64,000 bases of DNA from Bacilli bacterium. Its GTDB lineage: Bacteria > Bacillota_I > Bacilli_A > RFN20 > CAG-826. Where the stretch lies: contig JAVXGI010000003.1 in assembly GCA_036657515.1 (NCBI GenBank), positions 45 through 64,044 of the forward strand, in the 5' to 3' direction. Shown piece after piece: positions 51,330 through 63,238 of the stretch (position 1 is its first letter; each line of letters opens with the position of its first letter). Position numbers and translations under genes: made by a program. The notes beneath the pieces are model-generated. The model ran no database searches. It was not told where the DNA came from and saw nothing but the letters and a program-made list of their open reading frames with translations.

Positions 51330-52356
51330 TTAAATTTCTAATCTTATACTAGTAACATTCTTAATATGAAATATCGCATATCCATCTTTAGTGATGACTA
51401 TCTTACTAATTAAGTGATGGAAGAGTATTTCATCAAATTCAATAGGAGGAGTATCTAACTTCTTGATTTCATCAATAAACTTGGTGATTTCAATATTTTG
51501 GATTCTCCTTTTTTCGTTTGTTTCAATGATTGAATTGCATTTACTTTCAATGTTTTTATATCTTGATACAAGCTTATCATATTCAGCTAAGTAGGAATCA
51601 CTACTTTCTTTAGCACCGTATTCCACATGACGGTTGATTAGTTCTGATACTGTCTCTAATTCTCTTTTTAAATCGTTTAACGCTTCTTAATTGGTAGGTG
51701 TAAATAATTTATCCTTAACAAGCTCAAAGTCGTTTATAAGTGAAGTTTTGGCCTTAAACACTTGATTAAAGACATCAATGAACATTTCTTTTATTCTCTT
51801 ATCATCAATATGAGGAGTGGAGCAAAAGTGTTCTTTATTCTTGTATTTGTTATTACATTGGCAGACTAATTTACGACCTTTATCATTACTGTGCCATACT
51901 TTGAGTCCATAAGCACTTCCACATTCTTCACAAAATATTCTAGAGCAAAGTATTGATGATTTATGTGATTTGGATTTTGTTTCGTTTCTTATGTTTCTTT
52001 CTATTTGTACTTGTTCCCATTCATATGGATCAATAATTGCGGGGTGACTTTCTTCAACATAATATTGAGGGATTTCTCCTTCATTCTTTTTAAATGTTTT
52101 AGTTAGAAAATCCACTGAATAATTGTTTTGAAGAAGTGCGGATCCTTTATATTTTTCATTAGACAAGATTGAATCAATCGTGGAGTAGAACCATTTTGTT
52201 TTACCTCCAGGTGCTTTTACTCCATCACTTGTAAGAATATCTGCAATATGAGATTGGGATTTTCCTTCAAGAAATAGGGAATAGATTCTTTTAACGATAA
52301 TAGCTTCTTCAGGAATAATAACTACATTGCTATTTTCATCTTTCTTATAACCTAAA
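51330..52356 (-). pseudogene. large serine recombinase remnant (5'-truncated, frameshifted)
   Basis: The minus-strand frame encodes a Recombinase domain (EEAIIVKRIYSLFLEGKSQSHIADIL..GVKAPGGKTKWFYSTIDSIL), a Zn-ribbon (CEECG ... CQC ... C) and a coiled-coil C-terminus. There is no resolvase catalytic domain upstream, and a frame break lies at 51627-51686. Confidence 0.6.
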
Positions 52357-52553
52357 AATTTAACTTAATTAAATTATTAACTTCAATAAATAGAAAGCTT
52401 TGAGAAATATAAGTATCTCTGTACAATATCAAATGATGTGAGACAAAATCGATGTATTAAAAAATAGCTTATAGATAATTGAGTTAGCACTTAATTATCT
52501 TTTTATTTAATTTTAGGCTTTTTTAGGCTAAAATATAAAAAAGGAGTTATTAT

Positions 52554-53456
52554 ATGATTGAAAAATTTTCTTTTAAGAATTCTTATGGAGAAGAACTAAA
52601 AGGTTCTAAATGGTTGCTAGAAAAAGCTGTTGCTAATGTTATTTTAATTACTGGATTATGTGAATACAGTCAAAGATATGAACGTTTTGCTACATTTTTA
52701 AATAGTAAAATGATGAATGTTTATTGTCTTGATCATCATGGGCAAGGAGAAAATGTTAAGGACGAAAAAGAGCTAGGTACTGCTCCAAAAGATTATTTCT
52801 ATAAAATGACTGATACTATTTTTGAATTAGAACTAGAACTTGAAAAAAATAGTAAACTTCCTGTTTATTTAGTAGGACATTCAATGGGTTCGTTTATTCT
52901 TCAAGAATTAATTCAACGTCATCCAAATTGTTCCAAAAAGATTGTTTTAATCGGAACAAGTGGACCGATGTTTATTTCAAAACCTGGATATCTTATTTTA
53001 AAGATGTTAACTACAAAGAAAAACTTTGATAAGCCATCTAAGTTTGCTCATAAATTATCAATTGGACCTTATGAAAAAAGTGTTAAAGGTAGTAAATATC
53101 CTTGTGAATGGATCTCATATAACGAAGAAAACTCAACTAAATATCATCATGATAAAAAATGTAATTATATTAGGTCGTGGGGTGCTCAATTAGGATTAGT
53201 TGATGGAGTAGCTCATCTTCATCAAAAGAAAAAAATGGCTAATATCGCAAAAGATGTTAAAATCCTTATTGTTAGTGGACAAGACGATCCTGTTTCTTCT
53301 AATTGTAAAACAATTACTCCACTTGTTAAGTTATATAATAAAGTAGGAGTAAAAAATGTTGGTGTAATAATTTATGATCATATGCGTCATGAAATATTAA
53401 ACGAAGACAAACATAATAAAGTCGAAAACGATATCTATAATTTCTTAATTCAATAA
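52554..53456 (+). CDS. alpha/beta hydrolase (lysophospholipase / monoacylglycerol-lipase-like)
   Basis: HGxGE (HHGQGEN), nucleophile elbow GHSMGS, C-terminal His. 300 aa. Confidence 0.7.
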   Translation: MIEKFSFKNSYGEELKGSKWLLEKAVANVILITGLCEYSQRYERFATFLNSKMMNVYCLDHHGQGENVKDEKELGTAPKDYFYKMTDTIFELELELEKNSKLPVYLVGHSMGSFILQELIQRHPNCSKKIVLIGTSGPMFISKPGYLILKMLTTKKNFDKPSKFAHKLSIGPYEKSVKGSKYPCEWISYNEENSTKYHHDKKCNYIRSWGAQLGLVDGVAHLHQKKKMANIAKDVKILIVSGQDDPVSSNCKTITPLVKLYNKVGVKNVGVIIYDHMRHEILNEDKHNKVENDIYNFLIQ

Positions 53457-53458
53457 AA

Positions 53459-53495
53459 AAACTTCCGGATTTTGTTCCGGAAGTTTTATTTTTGC
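53459..53495. terminator. bidirectional terminator
   Basis: AACTTCCGGA-TTTTGTT-CCGGAAGTT with A-run and T-run flanks. Confidence 0.7.
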
Positions 53496-53499
53496 CTTC

Positions 53500-53673
53500 T
53501 TATTTATTCTTTTTGTTACATTCAAATGCTGAACGAACTGAGGAAACTGAGGCATTATTGCTTAATATACTTGAGTTAGCAAGGAAGGCACCGTAAGCAA
53601 ATAATGGACTGTTACCTAAATAACTCTCTGATTGTTCATCATCGTAGTCATTGTTTTCGTAAAATTTAATCAT
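53500..53673 (-). CDS. unannotated 57-aa small protein (not in the ORF track)
   Basis: Minus-strand ORF MIKFYENNDYDDEQSESYLGNSPLFAYGAFLANSSILSNNASVSSVRSAFECNKKNK, with a strong RBS (AAGGGGGTT, 9 nt before the ATG) and ending at the terminator. Confidence 0.5.
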   Translation of the reverse strand: MIKFYENNDYDDEQSESYLGNSPLFAYGAFLANSSILSNNASVSSVRSAFECNKKNK

Positions 53674-53799
53674 ATTATTAACCCCCTTGAATTAATGGTT
53701 CTTTTGGAACCACTTATAGTATAACTAGTGTAAATATGGGTACAATAGTGTAAACGCTTACTGTAACCGTTTACATATTTAACTATAAATTTTATTTAA

Positions 53800-53884
53800 A
53801 TTTGCTATAATAAATAGGCTTTATTAATAAGTTTAACTAGGTTTACTTCCTTGTTAACTGCCTATTGTAGAACAAGGAGAATAA
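53800..53884 (+). promoter_or_regulatory. extended -10 promoter (TGCTATAAT) and ~65-nt leader with SD-sequestering hairpin upstream of queT; candidate preQ1-responsive element
   Basis: TCCTTGTT (53848-53855) pairs with AACAAGGA (53871-53878), which overlaps the AAGGAG SD. The downstream gene is a QueT-type transporter, which often carries a preQ1 riboswitch. Confidence 0.4.
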
Positions 53885-55541
<1,657 letters not shown>

Positions 55542-55542
<1 letters not shown>

Positions 55543-56579
55543 TGGATATAAATTTATTTGATTTTGATTTACCTCAAAATCTTATTGCTCAGACTCCGGA
55601 AGATCATCGCGATAATTGCAGATTATTAGCAATTAATAGAGAAAATAAGACTTATGAAGATAAGCATTTTCATGATATTATCGATTATTTAAATCCAGGA
55701 GATGTACTAGTTAGAAATAATACTAAAGTCATTCCGGCGCGTTTGTTTGGAATAAAAAAAGAAACAAACGCTCATGTTGAAGTGCTTTTATTAAAAGAAT
55801 TAAGTGATTCAACATGGGAGTGTTTATGTGGAAATGCTAAAACAATTAAGGTTGGTTCTACTATTTCTTTTGGTGAAAATAATGAATTAGTAGGAACATG
55901 TGTTGCTTATTTTCCTGAAGGAATACGTCATATTAAGTTTAGTTATGATGGTATATTTTTAGAGATATTAGATAAAATTGGTAAGATGCCACTACCTCCA
56001 TATATTAAAAAACAGTGTGATGATAACAACAAATATCAAACAGTATATGCTAAGGTTGAAGGATCAGCTGCTGCTCCAACAGCCGGGTTTCATTTTACGC
56101 CTGAACTATTAGAAAAGATAAAAGAAAAAGGTATAGATATTGTAGATATTACTCTCCATATTGGACTCGGTACCTTTAGACCGGTGAAAGTAGAAGATAC
56201 AAAAGATCACATCATGCATAGTGAAGAATATGAAATTGATGAGGGTTCTGCAGTGAAATTGAACAAATATAAGGCAGAAGGAAGAAGAATTATTGCAGTT
56301 GGAACAACTACAACAAGAACATTAGAAGCTAATTTTACGAAGTATAATAAATTTGTTGCTACTCGTGAATCTACTAATATATTTATTTCTCCTGGATACA
56401 CTTTTAAAGCAATTGATGCCTTAATTACTAATTTTCATTTACCTAAATCAACATTAATTATGTTAGTTTCAGCATTTTCAACAAGAGAATTTATTTTAGA
56501 ATGTTACGAACATGCAATTAAAGAGCGTTATAGATTTTTTAGTTTTGGAGATGCAATGTTTATTTATGGAAAAGTGTGA
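55542..56579 (+). CDS. queA: S-adenosylmethionine:tRNA ribosyltransferase-isomerase
   Basis: N-terminal LFDFDLPQNLIAQTP and PLPPYIKK motifs. 345 aa. Confidence 0.9.
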
Positions 56580-57204
56580 TTACTATCAATTATCAATTGA
56601 TGAACTAGAAAAAATAGAAAAAAGTGGCGTAAAACCGTCACTTTTACTCCACGCATGCTGTGGAGTTTGTCCTATTTTTCCACTCAGTTGGTTATATAAA
56701 TATTTTGATATCACAGTTTATTTTAATAATTCTAATATTTTTCCATATGAAGAATATGGCAAAAGATTAGAGGAATTAATAATTTATATTAGTGAATTTA
56801 ATAGTCTAAATAAAACAAATATTAAGCTTATAAATACTGATTACGACAACGATACTTTCATTCAAGATCTTCTTCCTTTTGCGGATCTTCCAGAAGGAGA
56901 AAAGCGTTGTTTCATTTGTTATTATAAACGCATGAAAGATGCCAATAACTATGCAGAACTCAAACATTTTGACTATTTCACTACAGTAATGAGCGTATCA
57001 CGTCAAAAAAGTTCTGAAGTTTTAAACGAGATCGGACGTGAACTTGTAAAAGAAAACAAGCACACAAAATACTTTTATAGTGACTTTAAAAAGAAATCGG
57101 GCGGAGAAATCGGCACGAAAATTGCCAAAGATAAGAAGATGTATATTCAAGAATATTGTGGATGTCAATTTTCGCTTAAAAACAGCCTAGATAAGCAGAA
57201 TTAA
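56566..57204 (+). CDS. queH: epoxyqueuosine reductase QueH (DUF208)
   Basis: LLLHACCGVC motif near the N-terminus, plus a C-terminal Cys pair. Start at ATG 56566, overlapping the end of queA. Confidence 0.75.
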   Translation: MEKCDYYQLSIDELEKIEKSGVKPSLLLHACCGVCPIFPLSWLYKYFDITVYFNNSNIFPYEEYGKRLEELIIYISEFNSLNKTNIKLINTDYDNDTFIQDLLPFADLPEGEKRCFICYYKRMKDANNYAELKHFDYFTTVMSVSRQKSSEVLNEIGRELVKENKHTKYFYSDFKKKSGGEIGTKIAKDKKMYIQEYCGCQFSLKNSLDKQN

Positions 57205-57255
57205 TCTTTTATTCTTAAAGTATAGATAATTGGGCGAAAATAGTTGCGAATTTAG

Positions 57256-57284
57256 TTGATTAATTAGCCCTATATAAATATAAT
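57256..57284 (+). promoter_or_regulatory. S10-operon promoter (TTGATT-17bp-TATAAT)
   Basis: Hexamers read directly. Followed by a ~130-nt GC-rich leader. Confidence 0.55.
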
Positions 57285-57420
57285 ATAAAAGCATGTGTTC
57301 TCACGTTGATGTGCGAGGTTGCTGATACACCGACAGGCGTTGTCATGAATGGTGGTCAGGTAATTCGTTCTGAGCGAGGTAAACACATAAGCCCTGTTTA
57401 TGTATATAGGAGGAAAATTC

Positions 57421-57735
57421 ATGGCTAAGCAAGAGAAGAAAATTCGTGTTCGTCTTCAAGCTTATGATGCAAAAGTTTTAGAACTTAGTGTTGGTAAGAT
57501 CGTTGATGCAGCAAGAAAATCAGGTGCAGGAGTTGTAGGACCAGTCCCACTCCCAACTGAAAGACAAGTCTATACAGTATTAAGAGCAGTTCACAAATAT
57601 AAAGATGCTCGTGAACAATTTGAGATTAGAACTCACAAGAGATTAATCGATATTACCAATCCTACAAAAGAGACAATCGACTTATTAAGAAGATTAGATC
57701 TTCCAAGTGGTGTTGATATCGACATCAAGTTATAA
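57421..57735 (+). CDS. rpsJ: 30S ribosomal protein S10
   Basis: [16 protein letters not shown] start. 104 aa after trimming the ORF-track start. Confidence 0.95.
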   Translation: MAKQEKKIRVRLQAYDAKVLELSVGKIVDAARKSGAGVVGPVPLPTERQVYTVLRAVHKYKDAREQFEIRTHKRLIDITNPTKETIDLLRRLDLPSGVDIDIKL

Positions 57736-57749
57736 GGAGGAACAAAATA

Positions 57750-58463
57750 ATGAAATCAATCGTAGGACGCAAGATGGGTATGACCCAAGTCTTTGCAGAA
57801 GATGGAACATCTTATGCAGTTACAGTTGTTGAAGTTACTCCAAACGTCGTTACACAAGTAAAGACAGTTGAACATGATGGATATAGCGCTCTTCAAGTCG
57901 GTGTTGAAGATACTAAAGAATCAAAATTAAACAAATGTGAAAAGGGAATCTTTGAGAAAGCAAATGTTGCTCCAAAGAAACACTTATTTGAAGTAAAGGG
58001 TGATGAATTAGCATCATTCGTCGTTGGAAGTGAAATCAAAGCAGATCTATTTACTGCTGGCGATATTGTTGATGTCGTTGGAGTTTCAAAAGGTAGAGGC
58101 TTTGCTGGACCAATTAAGAGATGGCATCAAAAGATTGGACCAAAAGGTCATGGATCTGGTGCTCATAGAACAATAGGTTCTGCTGCTAATACTGGACTTG
58201 GTACTAACCGTATCATTCCTGGTAAAAGAATGCCTGGACATATGGGTCACTTATCTGCAACAGTTCAAAACTTATTAGTTATTGAAACATCTGGAGAAAA
58301 GGGTTACATCTTAGTTAAAGGTGGAATTCCAGGACCAAAGAAATCATTCGTTACAATTAAAACCGCTTCTAAAACTCAATTTGGTAAAAAACAAGTAGTT
58401 AAACCAATTCTCGATAGAAGTGAAAAAGTAGAAGCTGCTCCTGCAACAGAAGCTGCTCAATAA
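57750..58463 (+). CDS. rplC: 50S ribosomal protein L3
   Basis: MKSIVGRKMGMTQVF start and operon order. Confidence 0.95.
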   Translation: MKSIVGRKMGMTQVFAEDGTSYAVTVVEVTPNVVTQVKTVEHDGYSALQVGVEDTKESKLNKCEKGIFEKANVAPKKHLFEVKGDELASFVVGSEIKADLFTAGDIVDVVGVSKGRGFAGPIKRWHQKIGPKGHGSGAHRTIGSAANTGLGTNRIIPGKRMPGHMGHLSATVQNLLVIETSGEKGYILVKGGIPGPKKSFVTIKTASKTQFGKKQVVKPILDRSEKVEAAPATEAAQ

Positions 58464-58480
58464 GTTAGGAGAAAATAAAT

Positions 58481-59107
58481 ATGGCAAACAAAACAATAAC
58501 CGTTAAAGTTTACTCCCAAACTGGTGAGAATGTCTCAGAAATGGGACTTGATGCTTCAGTATTTGGAGTAAAAGTTAACAAATCAGTAATGTTCGACGCA
58601 GTTCAAGTTTATCAATCAAATTTAAGACAAGCTACTGCAAAGACAAAAACAAGAGCTGAAGTTTCCGGTGGTGGTAAGAAACCATGGAGACAAAAAGGTA
58701 CAGGTAGAGCACGTGCTGGTTCTAACACCTCACCAATTTGGGTTGGCGGTGGACAAGCATTAGGTCCAACAGGTACTCAAAATTATAAGATTTCCCAAAA
58801 CAAGAAAGAACATTTATTGGCACTTAAGTCTGCTCTTACATTAAAAGCAGAAAATGGCTTAATCGTAGTTGATTCAATTAAAGTTGAACCAAAAACCAAA
58901 ATTGTTAAAGCAATGTTAGAAAAAATCGGAGCAAATAAGAAAGTATTACTTGTTACAAGTGATGCTGACTTAGCCTTAGGAGCAAGAAATTTAGACTTTG
59001 TAATGGTAAGAGAAGCAACAAACGTTTGCGTCTATGAATTATTAAATGTCGATTATCTTGTTGCTACAGTTGAAGAAATTAAGAATATTGAGGAGGCTTT
59101 AGCATAA
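58481..59107 (+). CDS. rplD: 50S ribosomal protein L4
   Basis: Conserved operon position. KPWRQKGTGRAR motif. Confidence 0.95.
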   Translation: MANKTITVKVYSQTGENVSEMGLDASVFGVKVNKSVMFDAVQVYQSNLRQATAKTKTRAEVSGGGKKPWRQKGTGRARAGSNTSPIWVGGGQALGPTGTQNYKISQNKKEHLLALKSALTLKAENGLIVVDSIKVEPKTKIVKAMLEKIGANKKVLLVTSDADLALGARNLDFVMVREATNVCVYELLNVDYLVATVEEIKNIEEALA

Positions 59108-59439
59108 TGGCACGTACAAAAAAAGCAGAAGCAGTAAAATCAACTGCTTCAATTCATGACTTTGATGTAATTATTCGTCCAATCATTACTGAAAAATCCA
59201 TGAAGGCAATGCAAGAAGAAAATAAAGTCACATTAGAAGTTAAGCCAAATGCAAATAAGATACAAATTAGAATTGCTTTTGAAAAGATCTTCAATGTAAA
59301 AGTTAATTCTGTAGCTATTACAAACGTAGTTGCAAAATCAACAACACGCGGTGGAAAATATAAAGGTTTCATCGGTGCATACAAAAAAGCAATTGTTACA
59401 GTTGCTGAAGGTCAAGCAATTGACCTATTCAAGGAATAA
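59107..59439 (+). CDS. rplW: 50S ribosomal protein L23
   Basis: Position. IIRPIITEKS motif. Confidence 0.9.
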   Translation: MARTKKAEAVKSTASIHDFDVIIRPIITEKSMKAMQEENKVTLEVKPNANKIQIRIAFEKIFNVKVNSVAITNVVAKSTTRGGKYKGFIGAYKKAIVTVAEGQAIDLFKE

Positions 59440-59503
59440 TAACGCCCGCGTACGTACGCGTTCATTATTATTCATAATATAGGAAAATATAGGAGAAAGA
59501 AAA

Positions 59504-60346
59504 ATGCCAATTAGAACATATAAACCTACGACAAAATCACGTCGTAACATGACTAATCTAACTTTCGAAGAAATAACAAAAAATAACGCTCCTGAGAAAT
59601 CACTTACAGTAAGTTTATCAAAAACTGGTGGTCGTAATAACCAAGGTGTTATTACAACAAGACACATTGGTGGCGGACATAAAAGAAAGTATAGAATAAT
59701 CGATTTTAAAAGAAATAAAATCAATATCCCTGCAAAAGTTGTTAGTATCGAATACGATCCAAACAGAACTGCAAATATTGCTTTATTAAACTATGTAGAC
59801 GGTGAAAAACGTTATATCATTGCTCCACTCGACCTTAAAGTCGGAGATAAAATTATCTCTTCAGGTGAAGAAGCTTGTGACGTTAAAATCGGAAACGCAA
59901 TGCTATTATCCAACATCCCAGAAGGTACAAGAGTTCATAATATTGAATTAATGCCACTTAAGGGCGGACAAATGTGCCGTGCTGCTGGAAGTAGTGCTCA
60001 AGTATTAGGAAAAGAAGGAGCATACGTTATCCTTAGACTTCAATCGGGCGAAACAAGAAAAGTCTTAGGAGCATGTAGAGCTACAGTTGGAGTTGTCGGA
60101 AACATCGATCACAGCCTTGTTAAATTAGGTAAAGCTGGTAAAAATCGTTGGTTAGGAATGCGTCCAACAGTTAGAGGTTCCGCAATGAACCCATGTGATC
60201 ACCCACACGGTGGTGGTGAAGGTAAATGTCCAATCGGACGTGACGCACCAAGAACACCATGGGGCAAACGTGCACTTGGAGTTAAGACTCGTAGACATCA
60301 ACAAAACTCATCTAGATTAATCATCAGAAGAGTAAATGATAAATAA
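59504..60346 (+). CDS. rplB: 50S ribosomal protein L2
   Basis: [10 protein letters not shown] start, GGGHKR and HPHGGGEG motifs. Confidence 0.95.
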   Translation: MPIRTYKPTTKSRRNMTNLTFEEITKNNAPEKSLTVSLSKTGGRNNQGVITTRHIGGGHKRKYRIIDFKRNKINIPAKVVSIEYDPNRTANIALLNYVDGEKRYIIAPLDLKVGDKIISSGEEACDVKIGNAMLLSNIPEGTRVHNIELMPLKGGQMCRAAGSSAQVLGKEGAYVILRLQSGETRKVLGACRATVGVVGNIDHSLVKLGKAGKNRWLGMRPTVRGSAMNPCDHPHGGGEGKCPIGRDAPRTPWGKRALGVKTRRHQQNSSRLIIRRVNDK

Positions 60347-60366
60347 AGGTAAAGGAGAATTTATAA

Positions 60367-60666
60367 ATGGCTAGAAGTTTAAAAAAGGGACCATTTGCTG
60401 ATCAACACTTATTAAATAAGGTTGATAAGTTAAATGTCGCCGGTAAAAAAGAAGTTATTAAGACTTGGTCAAGAAGATCAACGATCTTCCCATCATTTGT
60501 AGAGCACACCTTTGCAGTTTATAACGGCCGTACTCATATTACAGTTTATGTAACTGAAGATATGGTTGGTCATAAATTAGGCGAATTTGCACCTACAAGA
60601 ACGTTCAAAGGTCACAATGGACATACTGCTGAAGATAAAGCAGCAGCTGCAGGAGGAAAGAAATAA
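60367..60666 (+). CDS. rpsS: 30S ribosomal protein S19
   Basis: [10 protein letters not shown] start, YNGR motif. Confidence 0.95.
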   Translation: MARSLKKGPFADQHLLNKVDKLNVAGKKEVIKTWSRRSTIFPSFVEHTFAVYNGRTHITVYVTEDMVGHKLGEFAPTRTFKGHNGHTAEDKAAAAGGKK

Positions 60667-61190
60667 TGGCAGAGAAGAAAACCGCTACTAAAGCTAAAAA
60701 AGAAGAAGTAGCTAAAATAGAAGTTGAAACTGCAGAAGTCGCTCCTAAAGCAGAAAAAGCAACAAAGAAAGCAACTAAGAAAGCTTCAAAAAAAGTCGAA
60801 GAAGTCGCTGTTGCTTCAAAGAAAACTAAAAAAGAAGTTGAGTTAAAAGCTCCTGTAACTGAAGCAAAAGCAATTGCTACAAACGTGAAGGTTACTCCAC
60901 GTAAAGTAAGATTAGTTCTTGATTTAATTAGAGGTAAGTCAGTTGAGGAAGCAATTGCTATCTTAACAAACTTAAATAAAGCTGCTTCATTACCAGTATT
61001 AAAGGTTGTAAAAAGTGCTGCTGCAAATGCCACTAACAATCATAATCTTGATGGAGACAGATTATTCATTAAAGAAATCTATGCAAATGATGGCTTAAGA
61101 ATGAAAAGATTTATGCCAAGAGCAAAAGGTAGTGCAAGTGGAATTGTTAAAAGATCCTCTCACGTTATCTGCGTTGTGGCTGAAAGATAG
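60666..61190 (+). CDS. rplV: 50S ribosomal protein L22 with ~60-aa Lys/Ala/Glu-rich N-terminal extension
   Basis: C-terminal ~110 aa are canonical L22 ([16 protein letters not shown]...). The N-terminal [13 protein letters not shown]...KKASKK segment is low-complexity. Confidence 0.9.
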   Translation: MAEKKTATKAKKEEVAKIEVETAEVAPKAEKATKKATKKASKKVEEVAVASKKTKKEVELKAPVTEAKAIATNVKVTPRKVRLVLDLIRGKSVEEAIAILTNLNKAASLPVLKVVKSAAANATNNHNLDGDRLFIKEIYANDGLRMKRFMPRAKGSASGIVKRSSHVICVVAER

Positions 61191-61204
61191 GAGGGAAATC
61201 AAAA

Positions 61205-61879
61205 ATGGGACAAAAAGTTAATCCAGTTGGAATGAGAATTGGAATCAATAGAGATTGGTCTACACGTTGGTTCGCTAACGATAAAGATTTCTCAACTTAT
61301 TTATTAGAAGATTTAAAAATTAGACAATTCTTAACCAAAGAATTAAAAGATGCCTTACTTTCACACGTTGAAATTGAAAGAGTAAAATCTGACAAAGGTC
61401 ATATCGTTTCAATTCTTATCTTCGTTGCTCGTCCAGGAGTCGTTATTGGACAAGATGGCGCAAGAATTAATCAATTAAAGAAAACATTAGCAAAACTTGT
61501 CAAAACAGGAATTGTTAAAATAGACGTTATTGAAGTTAAGAATCCAAATCTAGACGCAAATCTTGTTGCTCAAATGATTGCAAAATCATTAGAAGAAAGA
61601 GTTTCGTTTAGAATCGCTCAAAAGAAAGCTATTCAATTAGTTAAGAAATCGGGCGCAAAAGGAATTAAAACTGAAGTTTCAGGACGCCTTGGCGGAGCTG
61701 AAATTGCACGTAGTGAAGGCTATAAAGATGGTATTGTACCTCTTCATACCTTAAAAAGTGATATTGACTATGCACTTGCTGAAGCTGCAACAACTTATGG
61801 TAAATTAGGCGTTAAAGTTTGGATTTGCCGTGGTGAATATGCAACCAAACCTAAGAAAGTAGTCAAGGAAGGAGAATAG
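61205..61879 (+). CDS. rpsC: 30S ribosomal protein S3
   Basis: [13 protein letters not shown] start, KH domain. Confidence 0.95.
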   Translation: MGQKVNPVGMRIGINRDWSTRWFANDKDFSTYLLEDLKIRQFLTKELKDALLSHVEIERVKSDKGHIVSILIFVARPGVVIGQDGARINQLKKTLAKLVKTGIVKIDVIEVKNPNLDANLVAQMIAKSLEERVSFRIAQKKAIQLVKKSGAKGIKTEVSGRLGGAEIARSEGYKDGIVPLHTLKSDIDYALAEAATTYGKLGVKVWICRGEYATKPKKVVKEGE

Positions 61880-61884
61880 GATCT

Positions 61885-62295
61885 ATGTTACAACCAAAAA
61901 GAGTAAAGTATAGACGCCCTCATATTATTAGATATGAAGGTAAATCAAAATCAGGTACAACAGTAGCTTTTGGTGAATATGGTCTTCAAGCAGTTGAGGG
62001 CGCATGGATCAGTGCAAGACAAATTGAATCTGCTCGTATCGTTTTATCAAGATATACAAAAAGAAGTGGTCAAATTTGGATTCGTATATTCCCACATTTA
62101 GCAAAAACAAAAAAACCAGCTGAAGTCCGTATGGGTTCTGGAAAAGGAAATCCAGAATACTGGGTCGCAGTTGTCAAAACTGGAAGAATTATGTTTGAAA
62201 TTGGTGGAGTACCAGAGGCTGATGCTGTTGAAGCATTACGTCTTAGTGCTTATAAACTTCCAATCAAATGTAAGATCGTAAAGAAAGGAGAGTAA
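61885..62295 (+). CDS. rplP: 50S ribosomal protein L16
   Basis: [11 protein letters not shown] start. Confidence 0.95.
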   Translation: MLQPKRVKYRRPHIIRYEGKSKSGTTVAFGEYGLQAVEGAWISARQIESARIVLSRYTKRSGQIWIRIFPHLAKTKKPAEVRMGSGKGNPEYWVAVVKTGRIMFEIGGVPEADAVEALRLSAYKLPIKCKIVKKGE

Positions 62296-62298
62296 GTT

Positions 62299-62496
62299 AT
62301 GAAAATTGATGAAATAAAAAATTTAACTGATGAAGAACTTAACCAAAAAGTTTACTTACTCAAGGAAGAATTGTTCCACCTTCGTCGTAAGAAGGCAGTT
62401 GGCCAATTAGAGCACGCTGAACAAATTAGAACAATAAGAAAAGATATCGCTCGCATTAACACTGTTAAAAGAGAACGTGAGTTAGGAATTAAATAA
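62299..62496 (+). CDS. rpmC: 50S ribosomal protein L29
   Basis: 65 aa in the conserved position. Confidence 0.9.
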   Translation: MKIDEIKNLTDEELNQKVYLLKEELFHLRRKKAVGQLEHAEQIRTIRKDIARINTVKRERELGIK

Positions 62497-62507
62497 GGAG
62501 AACTAAA

Positions 62508-62831
62508 ATGGAAGAAAGAAATTTAAGAAGAGACGTTACAGGCGTCGTAGTTTCTGACAAAAATGATAAAACAATCATCGTTTTAGTTGAAACTCACAAA
62601 AAGCATCCTAAGTATGGAAAAAGAGTCCAATATTCTAAAAAATATTATGCTCATGATGAAAACAATGAAGCAAAAGTCGGAGATAAAGTTACCATTATGG
62701 AAACTAGAAGACTTTCTAAAACAAAGAAATGGAGACTTGTTTCTATTGATAGAGTCCATCTTGAATCTATTAAAGAAGCCAAAGAAGAAGTTGCTGAAAT
62801 TTTAGCAGAAGCCGAAGCTGTAGAGAAATAG
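62508..62831 (+). CDS. rpsQ: 30S ribosomal protein S17 (with ~20-aa acidic/Ala-rich C-terminal tail)
   Basis: Core S17 OB-fold motifs. The tail [15 protein letters not shown] extends beyond the typical ~85 aa. Confidence 0.9.
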   Translation: MEERNLRRDVTGVVVSDKNDKTIIVLVETHKKHPKYGKRVQYSKKYYAHDENNEAKVGDKVTIMETRRLSKTKKWRLVSIDRVHLESIKEAKEEVAEILAEAEAVEK

Positions 62832-62844
62832 GGAGGACAATAAA

Positions 62845-63219
62845 ATGATTCAAACAGAAACAAATTTAGTAGTCGCCGATAACTCTGGAGCTAGAGCTGT
62901 AAGAGTTTTCCGTTTATTCGGCGGATCTATTAGAAGATCAAGTTCAGTTGGTGATATCGTTCTTTGCGCAGTCAAAGAAGCTGCACCAAATGGAAAAATT
63001 AAAAAAGGTGATATCGTTAAAGTCGTCGTTGTCAGAACCAAATATCCTGTTCTTAGAGCAGATGGTTCAACAATTAGATTTGATGATAACGCTTGTGTTG
63101 TTATTAATGAAGATGGTTCACCAAGAGGCACCCGTGTCTTTGGACCAGTTGCAAGAGAATTAAGAGACAAGGGCGAGGGATTTATGAAGATTATTTCCTT
63201 AGCACCAGAAGTTTTATAA
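62845..63219 (+). CDS. rplN: 50S ribosomal protein L14
   Basis: [16 protein letters not shown] start. Confidence 0.95.
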   Translation: MIQTETNLVVADNSGARAVRVFRLFGGSIRRSSSVGDIVLCAVKEAAPNGKIKKGDIVKVVVVRTKYPVLRADGSTIRFDDNACVVINEDGSPRGTRVFGPVARELRDKGEGFMKIISLAPEVL

Positions 63220-63238
63220 GGATTGGAGGTAAAAATTT

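Noticed and set aside
52357-52553. Direct repeat of the tRNA-Gln 3' end marking the far island boundary
   Set aside because: I looked for GGTTCGAATCCTGGCAGGGCA-like sequence near 52.4-52.6 kb and found none. The island boundary therefore remains undefined.
59154-63170. Antisense and alternative-frame ORFs inside the ribosomal-protein operon (59154-59724, 60605-61039, 62587-63170)
   Set aside because: The ribosomal protein genes are unambiguous on the plus strand, so these are frame shadows (Ala/Lys-rich mirror frames).
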